From Octopus sinensis (taxonomy: Eukaryota), in contig NC_043004.1 in NCBI RefSeq assembly GCF_006345805.1, positions 77,066,001 to 77,130,000 on the forward strand: DNA of 64,000 bases, in the 5' to 3' direction. Below are positions 52,924-63,049 of this stretch, in pieces. How positions within the stretch are numbered: the first letter of the stretch is position 1; each line of letters begins with the position of its first letter. The notes under the pieces are model-generated. The model was given only the letters and a program-made list of their open reading frames with translations, was not told where the DNA came from and did not search any database. The translations under genes and the position numbers were made by a program.

Positions 52924-53415
52924 GCCGAGGTCGACTTTGCTTTTATCCTTTCGGGGTCGATTAAATAAGTACCAGTTACGCACTGGGGTCGATATAGTCG
53001 ACTTAATCCGTTTGTCTGTCCTTGTTTGTCCTCTCTGTGTTTAGCCCCTTGTGGGTAATAAAGAAATAGGTATTTCGTCTGCCGCTACGTTCTGAGTTCA
53101 AATTCCGCCGAGGTCGATTTTGCCTTTCATCCTTTCGGGATCGATTAAATAAGTACCAGTTACGCACTGGGGTCGATGTAGTCGACTTAATCCGTTTGTC
53201 TGTCCTTGTTTCTCCTCTCTGTGTTTAGCCCCTTGTGGGTAATAAAGAAATAGGTATTTCGTCTGTCTTTACGTTTTGAGTTCAAATTCCGCCGAGGTCG
53301 ACTTTGCCTTTAATCCTTTCGAGGTCGATAAATTAAGTACCAATTGCGTACTGGGGTCGATCTAATCGATTGGCCTCCTCCTCCAAAATCTCGGGCTTTG
53401 TGCCTAGAGTAGAAA
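52924..53415 (+). repeat. Head-to-tail array of OK-like SINE bodies, 184-bp period
   Basis: The junction AAAGAAATA|GGTATTTCGTC occurs at 53069 and 53253. Confidence 0.9.
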
Positions 53416-54551
53416 ATAATATTTTCATGCGTCTAATTTATATTTCCTACGCATACATCACCTGTTGTCATTGTGTGATTATTAGAATAAGAATTATTTC
53501 TTTCATTATCGATAAACTTATCTATTATCAAAATGAATGTGAAGACTTTTATACAAACATTTGAAAGATATTTGAAGATCAATGTACTGATTTGTTTGTT
53601 TCCTCTTTTTATCTCGTAGAATCGATCTTGAAGCTGTCTTTCGCCTTGACATTCCAGCCATTCCATGTAGTGTGGTTTGTTAACCAGAATCTGCGAAGCA
53701 AGTTCGATTTCTGTTTGAGACATTTCTTTGTCTCCGTACGCTACATAAAAATAGAATACCTTTGGGGTTGACTCAGCGACGGATTAATTATGTCGCAATG
53801 TCTTTCTTTATATATCAGTACATCAAGTTTGCACATGATTTCTGTTTAGAAATTTCTAGTGCAAATGTATTCCGCTATTTTACTCCGGTGCATCAAAAAT
53901 AACACAAAGTATATGGTTTCAAATAAAGGCACGAAAAGAAGCTTCATGCTTAAAAATTACTAACACAAAATTTAGCATTTTTGATTAAGAGATTTGTATT
54001 GCTCAGGTCGTAGTTGGAACAATTGCATATAAGTAACTTCAAAATCTATTTATGAATCTTAAACGGCAATAAAATGTCCCCCTATTTTTATTCATTTATT
54101 TATTCTTTTGCACGAGTAAAAAATAGAATTTAAAAAATGATTTCATCTTTGGATACGCTCATGCTACGTTTCATGCAATGTCTGTCCATAGTCTTTGATC
54201 TCATTACCCCCGCCTTCGCGAAGGCAGAGTTATTGTTTTAAGTCGTGTGTTTCTTTGTTTGTCCGTGGACGAGATATATCAAGAACCGCTGGACGGATTC
54301 AGATGAAGCTTTCAGGGATGTTTGGCCTCGTGACTAGCACGGACTGATTAGATTTGGGGATCGATCCCGTACCGGACAAGGATACCGAATTTTTTTTCTG
54401 TTTGTTTTTTGCTTTATTTTTAAGAGCGGTCGGGTTCATTTTAAGTATTTTCGTTTGTGAAAGCAGTCAAGTGTATTTCAGATATTCTCATTTTAAAAAT
54501 CATCTCTGGCTAATCGTTGAGAGGACGTTGGTGTTGTAGTCGAGTCATTTG

Positions 54552-54995
54552 AGATATTTTCGGTTTGAACGGCAGTTTTTCTAGCGGTGTCATATGATAT
54601 TGTCACCCATAATTATAACCCTAGTATCGATCTATTGCATTTCAATCTGTTTAAGGTTAGGGTTAGGGTAGGGGTGTGGGGAAGGGTATCTTTTTTTTCT
54701 TCAGAAATGTAAATAAACCCAATCTGTTTCTTAAACGAGGGACATATTCATACGGCACAGAATGTTTTCACCTCAATAGATGTCATTGATTGGTTGAAAT
54801 TGCAGAAATTGAAGAAAAATAACAGATTGGGTTTATTTACATTTCTGAAGAAAAAATATACCCTCCCCCCACCCCTAACCCTAGCCCTAACCCTAACTCT
54901 AACCCTAACCCTAAAATAGATTGAAATGCAATAGATCGATACTAGGGTCATAATTATGGGTGATAATTTCATATGACACCGCTAGAAAAAACTGC
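54552..54995. mobile_element. Foldback copy of the CCCTAA-containing MITE (arms ~165 bp)
   Basis: 54566-54728 is the reverse complement of 54821-54995. Confidence 0.85.
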
Positions 54996-55371
54996 TGTTG
55001 TGCTGGAAAGAGAGAGAGAGAGAGAGAGGAGAAAGGTTAAAGGAATCGTTTGGGGAAAAGTTAGAAGTGACACCAGTAGAGTTTCGTTTTAATGAATTGC
55101 CGCCGGTAGTGGCATTCGAGGACTTAACGGAGTATTTGGTGTAAATGAGGGTGAGGAAATTTAAGAACTGAATAATTGGTGACTTTGTGTAAATTAAAAA
55201 GAAAAAGGAAAACCAACAGATACAAGACAGAATATTGAACTGTTAGTAAAACGTTATATAAAAACAGTAAAATGAGACTGCCTGTTTATGGGGTGGGCAG
55301 GTAAGTCATTCCATCCTCATTTTTCATTGTATCCATAATTTCATACGATATGTGTTTTTATGTACCCCATT

Positions 55372-55666
55372 CTCACCGTGGTCACCGTGACCGACCAGGC
55401 TATCAGATGTTGCTACACATCGCTGGTCACAATGCACTTCGCATTGTTTTAGCCTTCAAATGACGCCACCCCACTGACTAAGCGAGCAGGCCAACAGAAG
55501 AAAGAGAGAAAGTTGTGTCGAAAGAGTACTGCAGGGATCGCCACCGTCCCCTGCCGGAGCCACGTGGAGCTTTAGGTGTTTTCGCTCAATAAACACTCAC
55601 AACGCCCGGTCTGGGAATCGAAACCGCGATTACGCTGCCCTAACCACTGGATCATTGCACCTCTAC
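55372..55666 (-). mobile_element. tRNA-derived SINE (tail type B) with a 10-bp TSD
   Basis: GTACCCCATT at 55362-55371 and 55667-55676. Confidence 0.9.
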
Positions 55667-55938
55667 GTACCCCATTGTATTGTCTTCTATGTCCTTGTAC
55701 TGTCCCCTCTCTATAAGAGCCATGTGCTCAATAAAAGAAATAAGGACGTTGGTGTTGCCTTGGCGGAGGTTTGCGCTCTCTGAGTGCTCTTGTTATCTTA
55801 TAAATACAATAAGATATTGTTGCTCTTCCTAGAATAATGTTTCCTTTACATAAATTATATGTTTTACCTCTTTTAACCACATATAATAAAATACGTTTCG
55901 AAATATATAACTAATGCATTGTCAACATTTCTCTTCAG

Positions 55939-56247
55939 GTCCACATCAATATGAAACGAAAGATTAGCCGTTATGTAATGCGACGCGACACAGTGAGCCT
56001 ACGGTCGAGTACCGGACACTATTCTTGCCATCGCCAGAATTCGGCACCAACGCAACATGTTCAGTGTCCGACATCTGATTTAGAGGAGTCGCTTCAACTG
56101 CAGTTATCAGATATCACTTCACACAACCAAGATAAACAATCGGAACATTCTACTGAACCGATGAAACAGTTCAGTATAAACTCAGACATTTCACAACTGA
56201 AATCTAACCAGCAGTGTGTTATGGTAGAAACCACGTTTACAACATAA
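55939..56247 (+). CDS. Class B1 GPCR terminal coding exon, helix 8 and C-tail: VHINMKRKISRYVMRRDTVSLRSSTGHYS...VETTFTT*
   Basis: Acceptor cttcAG; phase 0 continues EQ|V; basic helix 8 then Ser/Thr-rich tail; TAA ends at 56247. The 12 exons total 1443 nt (480 aa plus stop). Confidence 0.85.
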   Translation, partial: VHINMKRKISRYVMRRDTVSLRSSTGHYSCHRQNSAPTQHVQCPTSDLEESLQLQLSDITSHNQDKQSEHSTEPMKQFSINSDISQLKSNQQCVMVETTFTT

Positions 56248-56548
56248 CGGATTTTGATTAATGTCTGCACGTGTGCATTATTTAGATACGTCACTATAAG
56301 CGTATAATTGTGTGCATAAGTTTTAAGAATTTATATTATTACATATTCATCCAACACACACACTTATATACATATAACATCATGTGTATCCGTGCGCGTG
56401 TGTGTGTGAGCGCATGCGTGTGTGTGTGTGTATTCCGCTTCGGCATTGCCATGCTAATGACCTAGTGTTCGAACTCAACATGCATATGCTTCAGTATGAA
56501 GCGTCAGTCGAGGACACAACTGTAATAAGAAATTGAGAAGACAATGGA

Positions 56549-56554
56549 AATAAA
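56549..56554 (+). promoter_or_regulatory. Candidate polyadenylation signal AATAAA for the GPCR mRNA
   Basis: First AATAAA I found after the stop codon (~300 nt downstream); use not verifiable from sequence. Confidence 0.3.
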
Positions 56555-56917
56555 AATAATTATGAACTTCATTAGCGTACATCTGTTTCTGCTATAAGAT
56601 TAATGCACTCATAGTTGGGTGCTTGAGTACCACCTTATAACTTCATCAGAGCTTCAAACCTGAAGTGCAATTTATTTGGGAAAACTTTTACATTTATGTT
56701 TATACATATCAAAAGCATTACCAATGAAAAAACATACATGTATGTAGGAAATGAAATTCAGGAGATTGAGGAAGAAGCCCTGCCCATAATTAGAATACCA
56801 TAAAGTTTTAAATGTGTACAAGCATAAGTATATGACACATTTCTATAAGATGTGAACACAGTAAAAATAAATATCTCTCAGTAAAATATATATTTCTCCC
56901 TATTTCCTTGTGTATAC

Positions 56918-57313
56918 TCTTTTTACTCTTTTTACTTGTTTCAGTCATTTGACTGCGGCCATGCTGGAGCACCGCCTTTAGTCGGGACTTATTCTTTTTT
57001 GTAAGCCCAGTACTTATTCTATCGGTCTCTTTTTGCCGAATCGCTAAGTGACGGGGACGTAAACACACCAGCATCGGTTGTCAAGCAATGCTAGGGGGAC
57101 AAACACAGACACACAAACACACACACATACACACACACATATATATATATACGACAGTCTTCTTTCAGTTTCCGTCTACCAAATCCACTCACAAGGCATT
57201 AGTCGGCCCGGGGCTATAGCAGAAGACACTTGCCCAAGATGCCACGCAGTGGGACTGAACCCGGAACCATGTGGTTGGTTAGCAAGCTACTTACCACACA
57301 TCCACTCCTGCGC
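56918..57313 (-). mobile_element. Composite core-domain SINE
   Basis: Close match to 11822-12228. Confidence 0.85.
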
Positions 57314-57361
57314 CAGTATATATATATATATATATATAATATATATATATATAATATATAT

Positions 57362-57404
<43 letters not shown>

Positions 57405-57514
57405 TGTAAATTTAAGGAGAATACTTGATAAGTGTAAGCACCTGTATATGCCAGATAGTGGCAGAGGTGAGAGAGAATATATCAAATAAAATTTAAAACA
57501 GAACACAAAGGATA

Positions 57515-57604
57515 TCGCGGTACACGTGTTTCAAGCTTTATAAACAATCCGTCCTTACATCAGTGTATTATTGATATATGGTTTAAAGCTCTCTTCAGCC
57601 GCAA
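57515..57604 (-). ncRNA. Type I hammerhead with intact core and long stem II insertion
   Basis: UUGCGG-CUGAAGA-GAGCUUUA...UAAAGCUU-GAAA-C-ACGU-G-UA-CCGCGA; palindromic ACGU loop typical of PLE hammerheads. Confidence 0.85.
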
Positions 57605-57649
57605 ACATTGTTTTTTATAGTGTGATGTAACTCTTTGGAATAACAATGT

Positions 57650-57744
57650 TTACGACTGAAGAGTGCGTTAAACCATCTTTTATATCAATAATACACTGAT
57701 GTAAGAACGGATTATTTATAAGGCTTGAAACACGTGTACCGCGA
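57650..57744 (+). ncRNA. Decayed twin of the 57515 hammerhead
   Basis: CUGAAGA and GAAACACGUGUA are intact; stems I and II have mismatches. Confidence 0.65.
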
Positions 57745-58003
57745 TATCCTTTGTGTTCTGTTTTTAATTTTATTTGATATATATATATATGAAGTAAACG
57801 GAAAATGGAGAAATCTCCATTTCTTCATTTTCTGTTTACTTTAAATTTGATTCCTGACAAACACTTGTTTATCTTTGTCATTACCTGTAATCTAAAAGCA
57901 TAATATGCTGGCACATGTACTTCCAGGGTTAACATAAGTAACCCAGTAGTATAACGGATACTTTTATCTCTTAGACCATTATTCCAGCCTCTAACTCTAC
58001 TAA

Positions 58004-58054
<51 letters not shown>

Positions 58055-58056
<2 letters not shown>

Positions 58057-58295
58057 TGGCACTCCGTCGGTTACGAGGACAAGGATTCCAGTTGATCCAA
58101 TCAACGGAACAGCCTACTCGTGAAATTAACGTAGAAGTGGCTGAGCACTCCACGGACACGTGTACTCTTAACGTAGTTCTCAGAGGGATTCAACGTGACA
58201 CAGTGTGTGACAAGGCTGGCCCTTTGAAATACAGGTACAACAGAAACAGGAAGAAAGAGTGGAAGAAAGTTGTAGTGAAAGAGTACAGAGTACAG
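58055..58295 (-). mobile_element. SINE tail type A fragment
   Basis: Reverse complement of 39740-39970. Confidence 0.8.
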
Positions 58296-58504
58296 TATAT
58301 ATAAAACTTATTGTTAAAAAAAGTCTTGAGTGTGTTGCATACATTTAACGTCCGGTTGTACACTCAGTATACGTATACGTTTTATTATCTGTCGTTGTTT
58401 ATTTACAATGCACTTTTTCATTTATTGTATATATATATATAATTTTTTCCGTAATGAGATAAATAAAACCAAGGCTGTGTAGATTTTAGAACATTTATAA
58501 ATAG

Positions 58505-58552
58505 GCCTTACACCTGTTTCTAGGATATTTATTATATTCCTTCATCGGAGAC
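58505..58552 (-). ncRNA. Variant hammerhead (CCGAUGA core, one extra nt before GAAA)
   Basis: GUCU-CCGAUGA-AGGA-auauaauaaaua-UCCU-a-GAAA-C-aggu-G-UA-AGGC. Confidence 0.6.
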
Positions 58553-58682
58553 AGTATGAGCAGATGGTTAAGCAATAGTTTATTTAGATAAGATACGAAA
58601 TAGAGAGTGAGGTGGAGAAATGAAAATAGATGTGAGATATGCAGGGATATTGTATTTGTAGATCTATTATTTAGGCCTAAAT

Positions 58683-58933
58683 AATAGTGTACATTTAAAC
58701 ACAAAGAGAAATTAACCTATAACAGGCAATTTCTACACGCTAGGAGACAATCACGACGACCGAAAACCACAAAATTTAAGCAATTTCAAAGGGAACATAT
58801 TTTAATTTTAATTTTTTTTTTCATTCCCTTTGAAATTGCTTAAATTTTGTGGTTTTCGGTCGCCGTGACTCTCCTAGCGTGTAGAAATTGCCTGTTATAG
58901 GTAATTTCTCTTTGTGTTTAAATGTACACTATT
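58683..58933. repeat. 251-bp inverted repeat (arms ~110 bp, 28-nt T-rich spacer)
   Basis: 58683-58795 versus 58824-58933, with few mismatches. Confidence 0.93.
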
Positions 58934-58960
58934 TTATATTGAAAAATATGCTACCCTATA

Positions 58961-59028
<68 letters not shown>

Positions 59029-59054
59029 GGGTAGCTGCCTTCTTTATGTGCATG

Positions 59055-59079
<25 letters not shown>

Positions 59080-59085
<6 letters not shown>

Positions 59086-60510
59086 TGATAAAACGGTAAG
59101 ATAACAAAAGAAAGAAAGAGACCTCAATATTATGTAAATAGAGGAAATTTATCTATACAATATGTTACATTACTCGGTAGTCAAGATAAAACTCTGAGTT
59201 TCAGATGCCGAAGTGGAAATCCACAACACCATCTCTTCGGTTATCTGGCTATTTGAAAACGTTATGAAAAAATACCGTTAAATAAAGGGAAATTACTCTG
59301 TTATAACTCTGCTTGCCTGCGTACTTATACATCGCTCGCATTTTTCGTCATAAAAATTATATAAAAATACATAAAAAATATATAAAAATATAAAAAATAT
59401 ATAAATTCTTCTTGGGACATAACATAGAAAGCACGTTCTATCTGTTTTCTTTAGGGAACCAAAAACGTAACAGAAACTTAGTCACATGTGGGCATGATCC
59501 GAAAAGCTCTGTCCTTGTATTTAGACATGTAGTAGGGTCTAAGCTGCTTTTCCAGATAAGCCATCTCTCCATGTCGCATAGACCGCACCTTCCGCTGCCG
59601 TTAGTATAGGGCTTACATCTGGCCAAAATCTTCCATTGTATGTTATAATCGACACCTTTATCTCTTAAAGACCAAATATGATTAGACAATTGTGTCGCTT
59701 TTCTTTTGTTCCAGTGCCTAAAGCTCAAAGTGTGGTTATTGAACCTGGCCTTGAAATTACCCTCTGTAAGGCCCACGTATTTCTTCGTCGAAACGGTGTC
59801 TTTAGTGGTTATAGAGTTTACGGTAGCTTCATATATGATGGTCTTGGACATGCAAGCTCCATTTAGCGGGCACAATTCTTTATTCCTGCATGAACAGTTG
59901 TTTTCTTCTTGTGTTTTTTGTATGTTATGTTTGATTATGTTACTAAAATTGGTAGTTGAACTAAAACTAATTTTTAAATTGTGTCTATTGAAGAGTTTCC
60001 TATAAGTATGGTTAACTGGAAAATGTCTATCTATCAGTGCTAGGAAATATTTACCTATATTGAAGGCCACCTCGGGTGAGTAAGGGGGCGTAAACCAGAT
60101 GACCTTCCTATTTCTATTATTCCTTTTCTTTACTGTTGGGCTAGTGATAGGTGTATATTTTATTTTATCGCTAAAACCACTATCTTTTAAAGCCTTATTA
60201 TAAACTGGGGCAACGCTATTGAAGATGTCCTCATCAGATGAGAGGCTAGAAATCCTCTTACTAATATTTTTAACTAAATTTTTGAATACTATAGGGGGAT
60301 GGCATGAACCTACATTAATATAACTTAGTCTATCATTGGGCTTCCTATAAGGCTTATAAATATTCTTATTAAGATCTAAGGAAACGTCTAAGAAATTGAC
60401 AACCGTCAAGTTAGTATCTGTAGTTATACTAAGTCCGAAGTGCTTCATTAACTGGATAATATCCTTCCTAAAACGATCTTGTGCTGGTCCATTTGTATTA
60501 GCTGTTAAGG
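59080..60510 (-). mobile_element. Penelope-like element, 5'-truncated; open ORF 60448-59438 (RT thumb, Cys-rich linker, GIY-YIG endonuclease) and 3' pLTR
   Basis: VNFLDVSLDL, HPPIVFKN, CSCRNKELCPLNGAC, IIYEATV...KYVGLTEGNFKARFNNH and CGLC motifs. Confidence 0.92.
59184..59246 (-). ncRNA. Variant hammerhead in the PLE pLTR
   Basis: AGAUAA-CCGAAGA-GAUG...CAUC-u-GAAA-C-ucaga-G-UU-UUAUCU. Confidence 0.65.
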
Positions 60511-61763
60511 TTTACACAATTCGATATTGTTGATTTTTATGCCTCTATCTCTAAAGAACTGCTAGATAAAGCCCTCATCTTCGCTAGTGACTTCATAGAA
60601 ATTAGTACCAATGATAAGGAAATAATCTTCCATGCTAGAAAGACCTTACTTTTCAGTGAGAACGCAAAGTGGGTAAAAAACACCGACACAGAGGGCGCTT
60701 TCGATGTGAGCATGGGTTCATATGATGGGGCAGGCATCTGTGATCTAATTGGACTTTTTCTCCTAGATACCTTAGGTAAGACATTCCCTAACGTACATTT
60801 CGCCATCTACAAAGATGATGCCCTCGCCTTAACAGCTAATACAAATGGACCAGCACAAGATCGTTTTAGGAAGGATATTATCCAGTTAATGAAGCACTTC
60901 GGACTTAGTATAACTATAGATACTAACTTGACGGTTGTCAATTTCTTAGACGTTTCCTTAGATCTTAATAAGAATATTTATAAGCCTTATAGGAAGCCCA
61001 ATGATAGACTAAGTTATATTAATGTAGGTTCATGCCATCCCCCTATAGTATTCAAAAATTTAGTTAAAAATATTAGTAAGAGGATTTCTAGCCTCTCATC
61101 TGATGAGGACATCTTCAATAGCGTTGCCCCAGTTTATAATAAGGCTTTAAAAGATAGTGGCTTTAGCGATAAAATAAAATATACACCTATCACTAGCCCA
61201 ACAGTAAAGAAAAGGAATAATAGAAATAGGAAGGTCATCTGGTTTACTCACCCGAGGTGGCCTTCAATATGGGTAAATATTTCCTAGCACTGATAGATAG
61301 CCCTATACTAACGGCAGCGGAAGGTGCGGTCTATGCGACATGGAGAGATGGCTTATCTGGAAAAGCAGCTTAGACCCTACTACATGTCTAAATACAAGGA
61401 CAGAGCTTTTCGGATCATGCCCACATGTGACTAAGTTTCTGTTACGTTTTTGGTCCCCTAAAGAAAACAGATAGAACATGCTTTCTATGTTATGTCCCAA
61501 GAAGAATTTATATATTTTTTATGTATTTTTATATATTTTTTATGTATTTTTATATAATTTTTATGACGAAAAATGCGAGCGATGTATAAGTACGCAGGCA
61601 AGCAGAGTTATAACAGAGTAATTTCCCTTTATTTAACGGTATTTTTTCATAACGTTTTCAAATAGCCAGATAACCGAAGAGATGGTGTTGTGGATTTCCA
61701 CTTCGGCATCTGAAACTCAGAGTTTTATCTTGACTACCGAGTAATGTAACATATTGTATAGAT
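60511..61763 (+). mobile_element. Inverted second copy of the same PLE (RT core, internal deletions, pLTR)
   Basis: Open frame FDIVDFYASIS...SMGSYDG...IYKDD from 60511; ~10-nt deletion near 61250 and a large deletion near 61300. Confidence 0.92.
61668..61730 (+). ncRNA. Variant hammerhead in the PLE pLTR (identical to the 59184 copy)
   Basis: Same sequence on the opposite strand. Confidence 0.65.
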
Positions 61764-61829
61764 ATATATATATATAGATATATAGATAGAGAGAGAGAGA
61801 GATGAGTAAAAAAGAGGTACATGTGTCCA

Positions 61830-61914
61830 TTGATTACGGTCGTTTCAATCGACTCATTTAATCGATTAATGAAAATATTACATCATTGCAAAGAAACCGT
61901 TTTCGTCAGATGAC
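61830..61914 (-). ncRNA. Decayed hammerhead, probably the pLTR of the 62-64 kb PLE
   Basis: GUCAU-CUGACGA-AAACGG...UCGAUU-GAAA-C-gacc-G-UA-AUCAA; core intact, stems partly mismatched. Confidence 0.5.
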
Positions 61915-63049
61915 TGCATAAACTTCAAACATAAAGGACCATTCAACTGATTTAACACAGTCACAGCTCCACAGAGCCAAAATGCATTGATTCTGCAGCT
62001 ATTCACTTGGCAGAATGATTTTACCAAATATTTATCTCAGAACAAAACAAATATAATTTAAAGGATAGTAGAGGTTATAGTAGGGGGGAAGAATTGAAAT
62101 CAGTTACCCAGTTGTCTATACTTCAAAACGAAAGAGGGAGGATTATCTCCAACCGGCTAGAATTAAGTCTTAGTGGGGTTGTATATGTATTCTGGTCGGT
62201 GGTGATAAATCAATTAATATCATGTCGGCCTACTAAACTATCCGGCTTTATTTACAAAGTGGGTAATGCGTTGGATAGTAATAAGGGAATGAATGATGGG
62301 GAGGGAATGATAAGAAAAACGGAAAAGGATGGGGAGAGCTGATACTACTTATTTTGATTATCGTATTAAAAAGGGGGAGACCTTGAAAACTACTGGAATA
62401 AGTATTAGGAAGTAGGGGCGGAAATCAAATTCAGAGAATAGGAAAAGGTGTTCACTACAGTTTAGCATATTTATGATATTATAGCAATAAATATAATATT
62501 AAATATATAGGCGAAGCATAAAATTATACATAAAATTATAATAAAGAGATACATTAAGATATAAGAGAAATAATAAAACTTTTTGTAAATGTAGTGTATA
62601 AAATATCCTGGTAAAAATAATATATATAGAATCTATTACGAAATAATGCTTTTAATATAAAGTGAGCTGATTTTAGAAACATTCAACATCATAACGGCTG
62701 GATAAGGATAGGGCAGAATAAAAAATTTGAGATATTTAATATATATATAAATTCAGATACAACATTTTAAAATTTAGGCCCACAATCAAATAATGAATAT
62801 AATGTGTATTAAAATATCAGAATATGCGATTAAAGTCTGCTGTGAGGCATGTAAAAATGTATAAGCTGTAAAACTGTAAAAATACATAAAAGGATAATAT
62901 AAAGGCATAAAAAAATTAAATATAAGATATAAAAATTATATAAAAGGATATAAAAGATATAAAAATGTAAAGAAGGACAAAAAATAAATATCAGATCACT
63001 AGAGAGTGCTATAAGTAGAAAGCGCTGCTAGCTATACATAAAGGATAGA

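Larger units (their letters stand above)
54203..55794 (+). mobile_element. HINE element split by a 1206-bp insertion (54537-55742) with a 15-bp TSD
   Basis: AGGACGTTGGTGTTG at 54522-54536 and 55743-55757; the uninterrupted copy at 22806 has the motif once. Confidence 0.85.
57477..57781. repeat. ~305-bp imperfect inverted repeat with a hammerhead in each arm
   Basis: Arms ~135-145 bp, spacer ~30 nt. Confidence 0.92.

Noticed and set aside
56600-56660. Minus-strand CTGATGA with an AGTT/AACT stem
   Set aside because: GAAA and NUH elements are absent.
58735-58770. CTAGGA-GAGTC...GAC-CGAAA in the 58.7 kb inverted repeat as a hammerhead remnant
   Set aside because: It needs several core changes and has no stem III or cleavage triplet.
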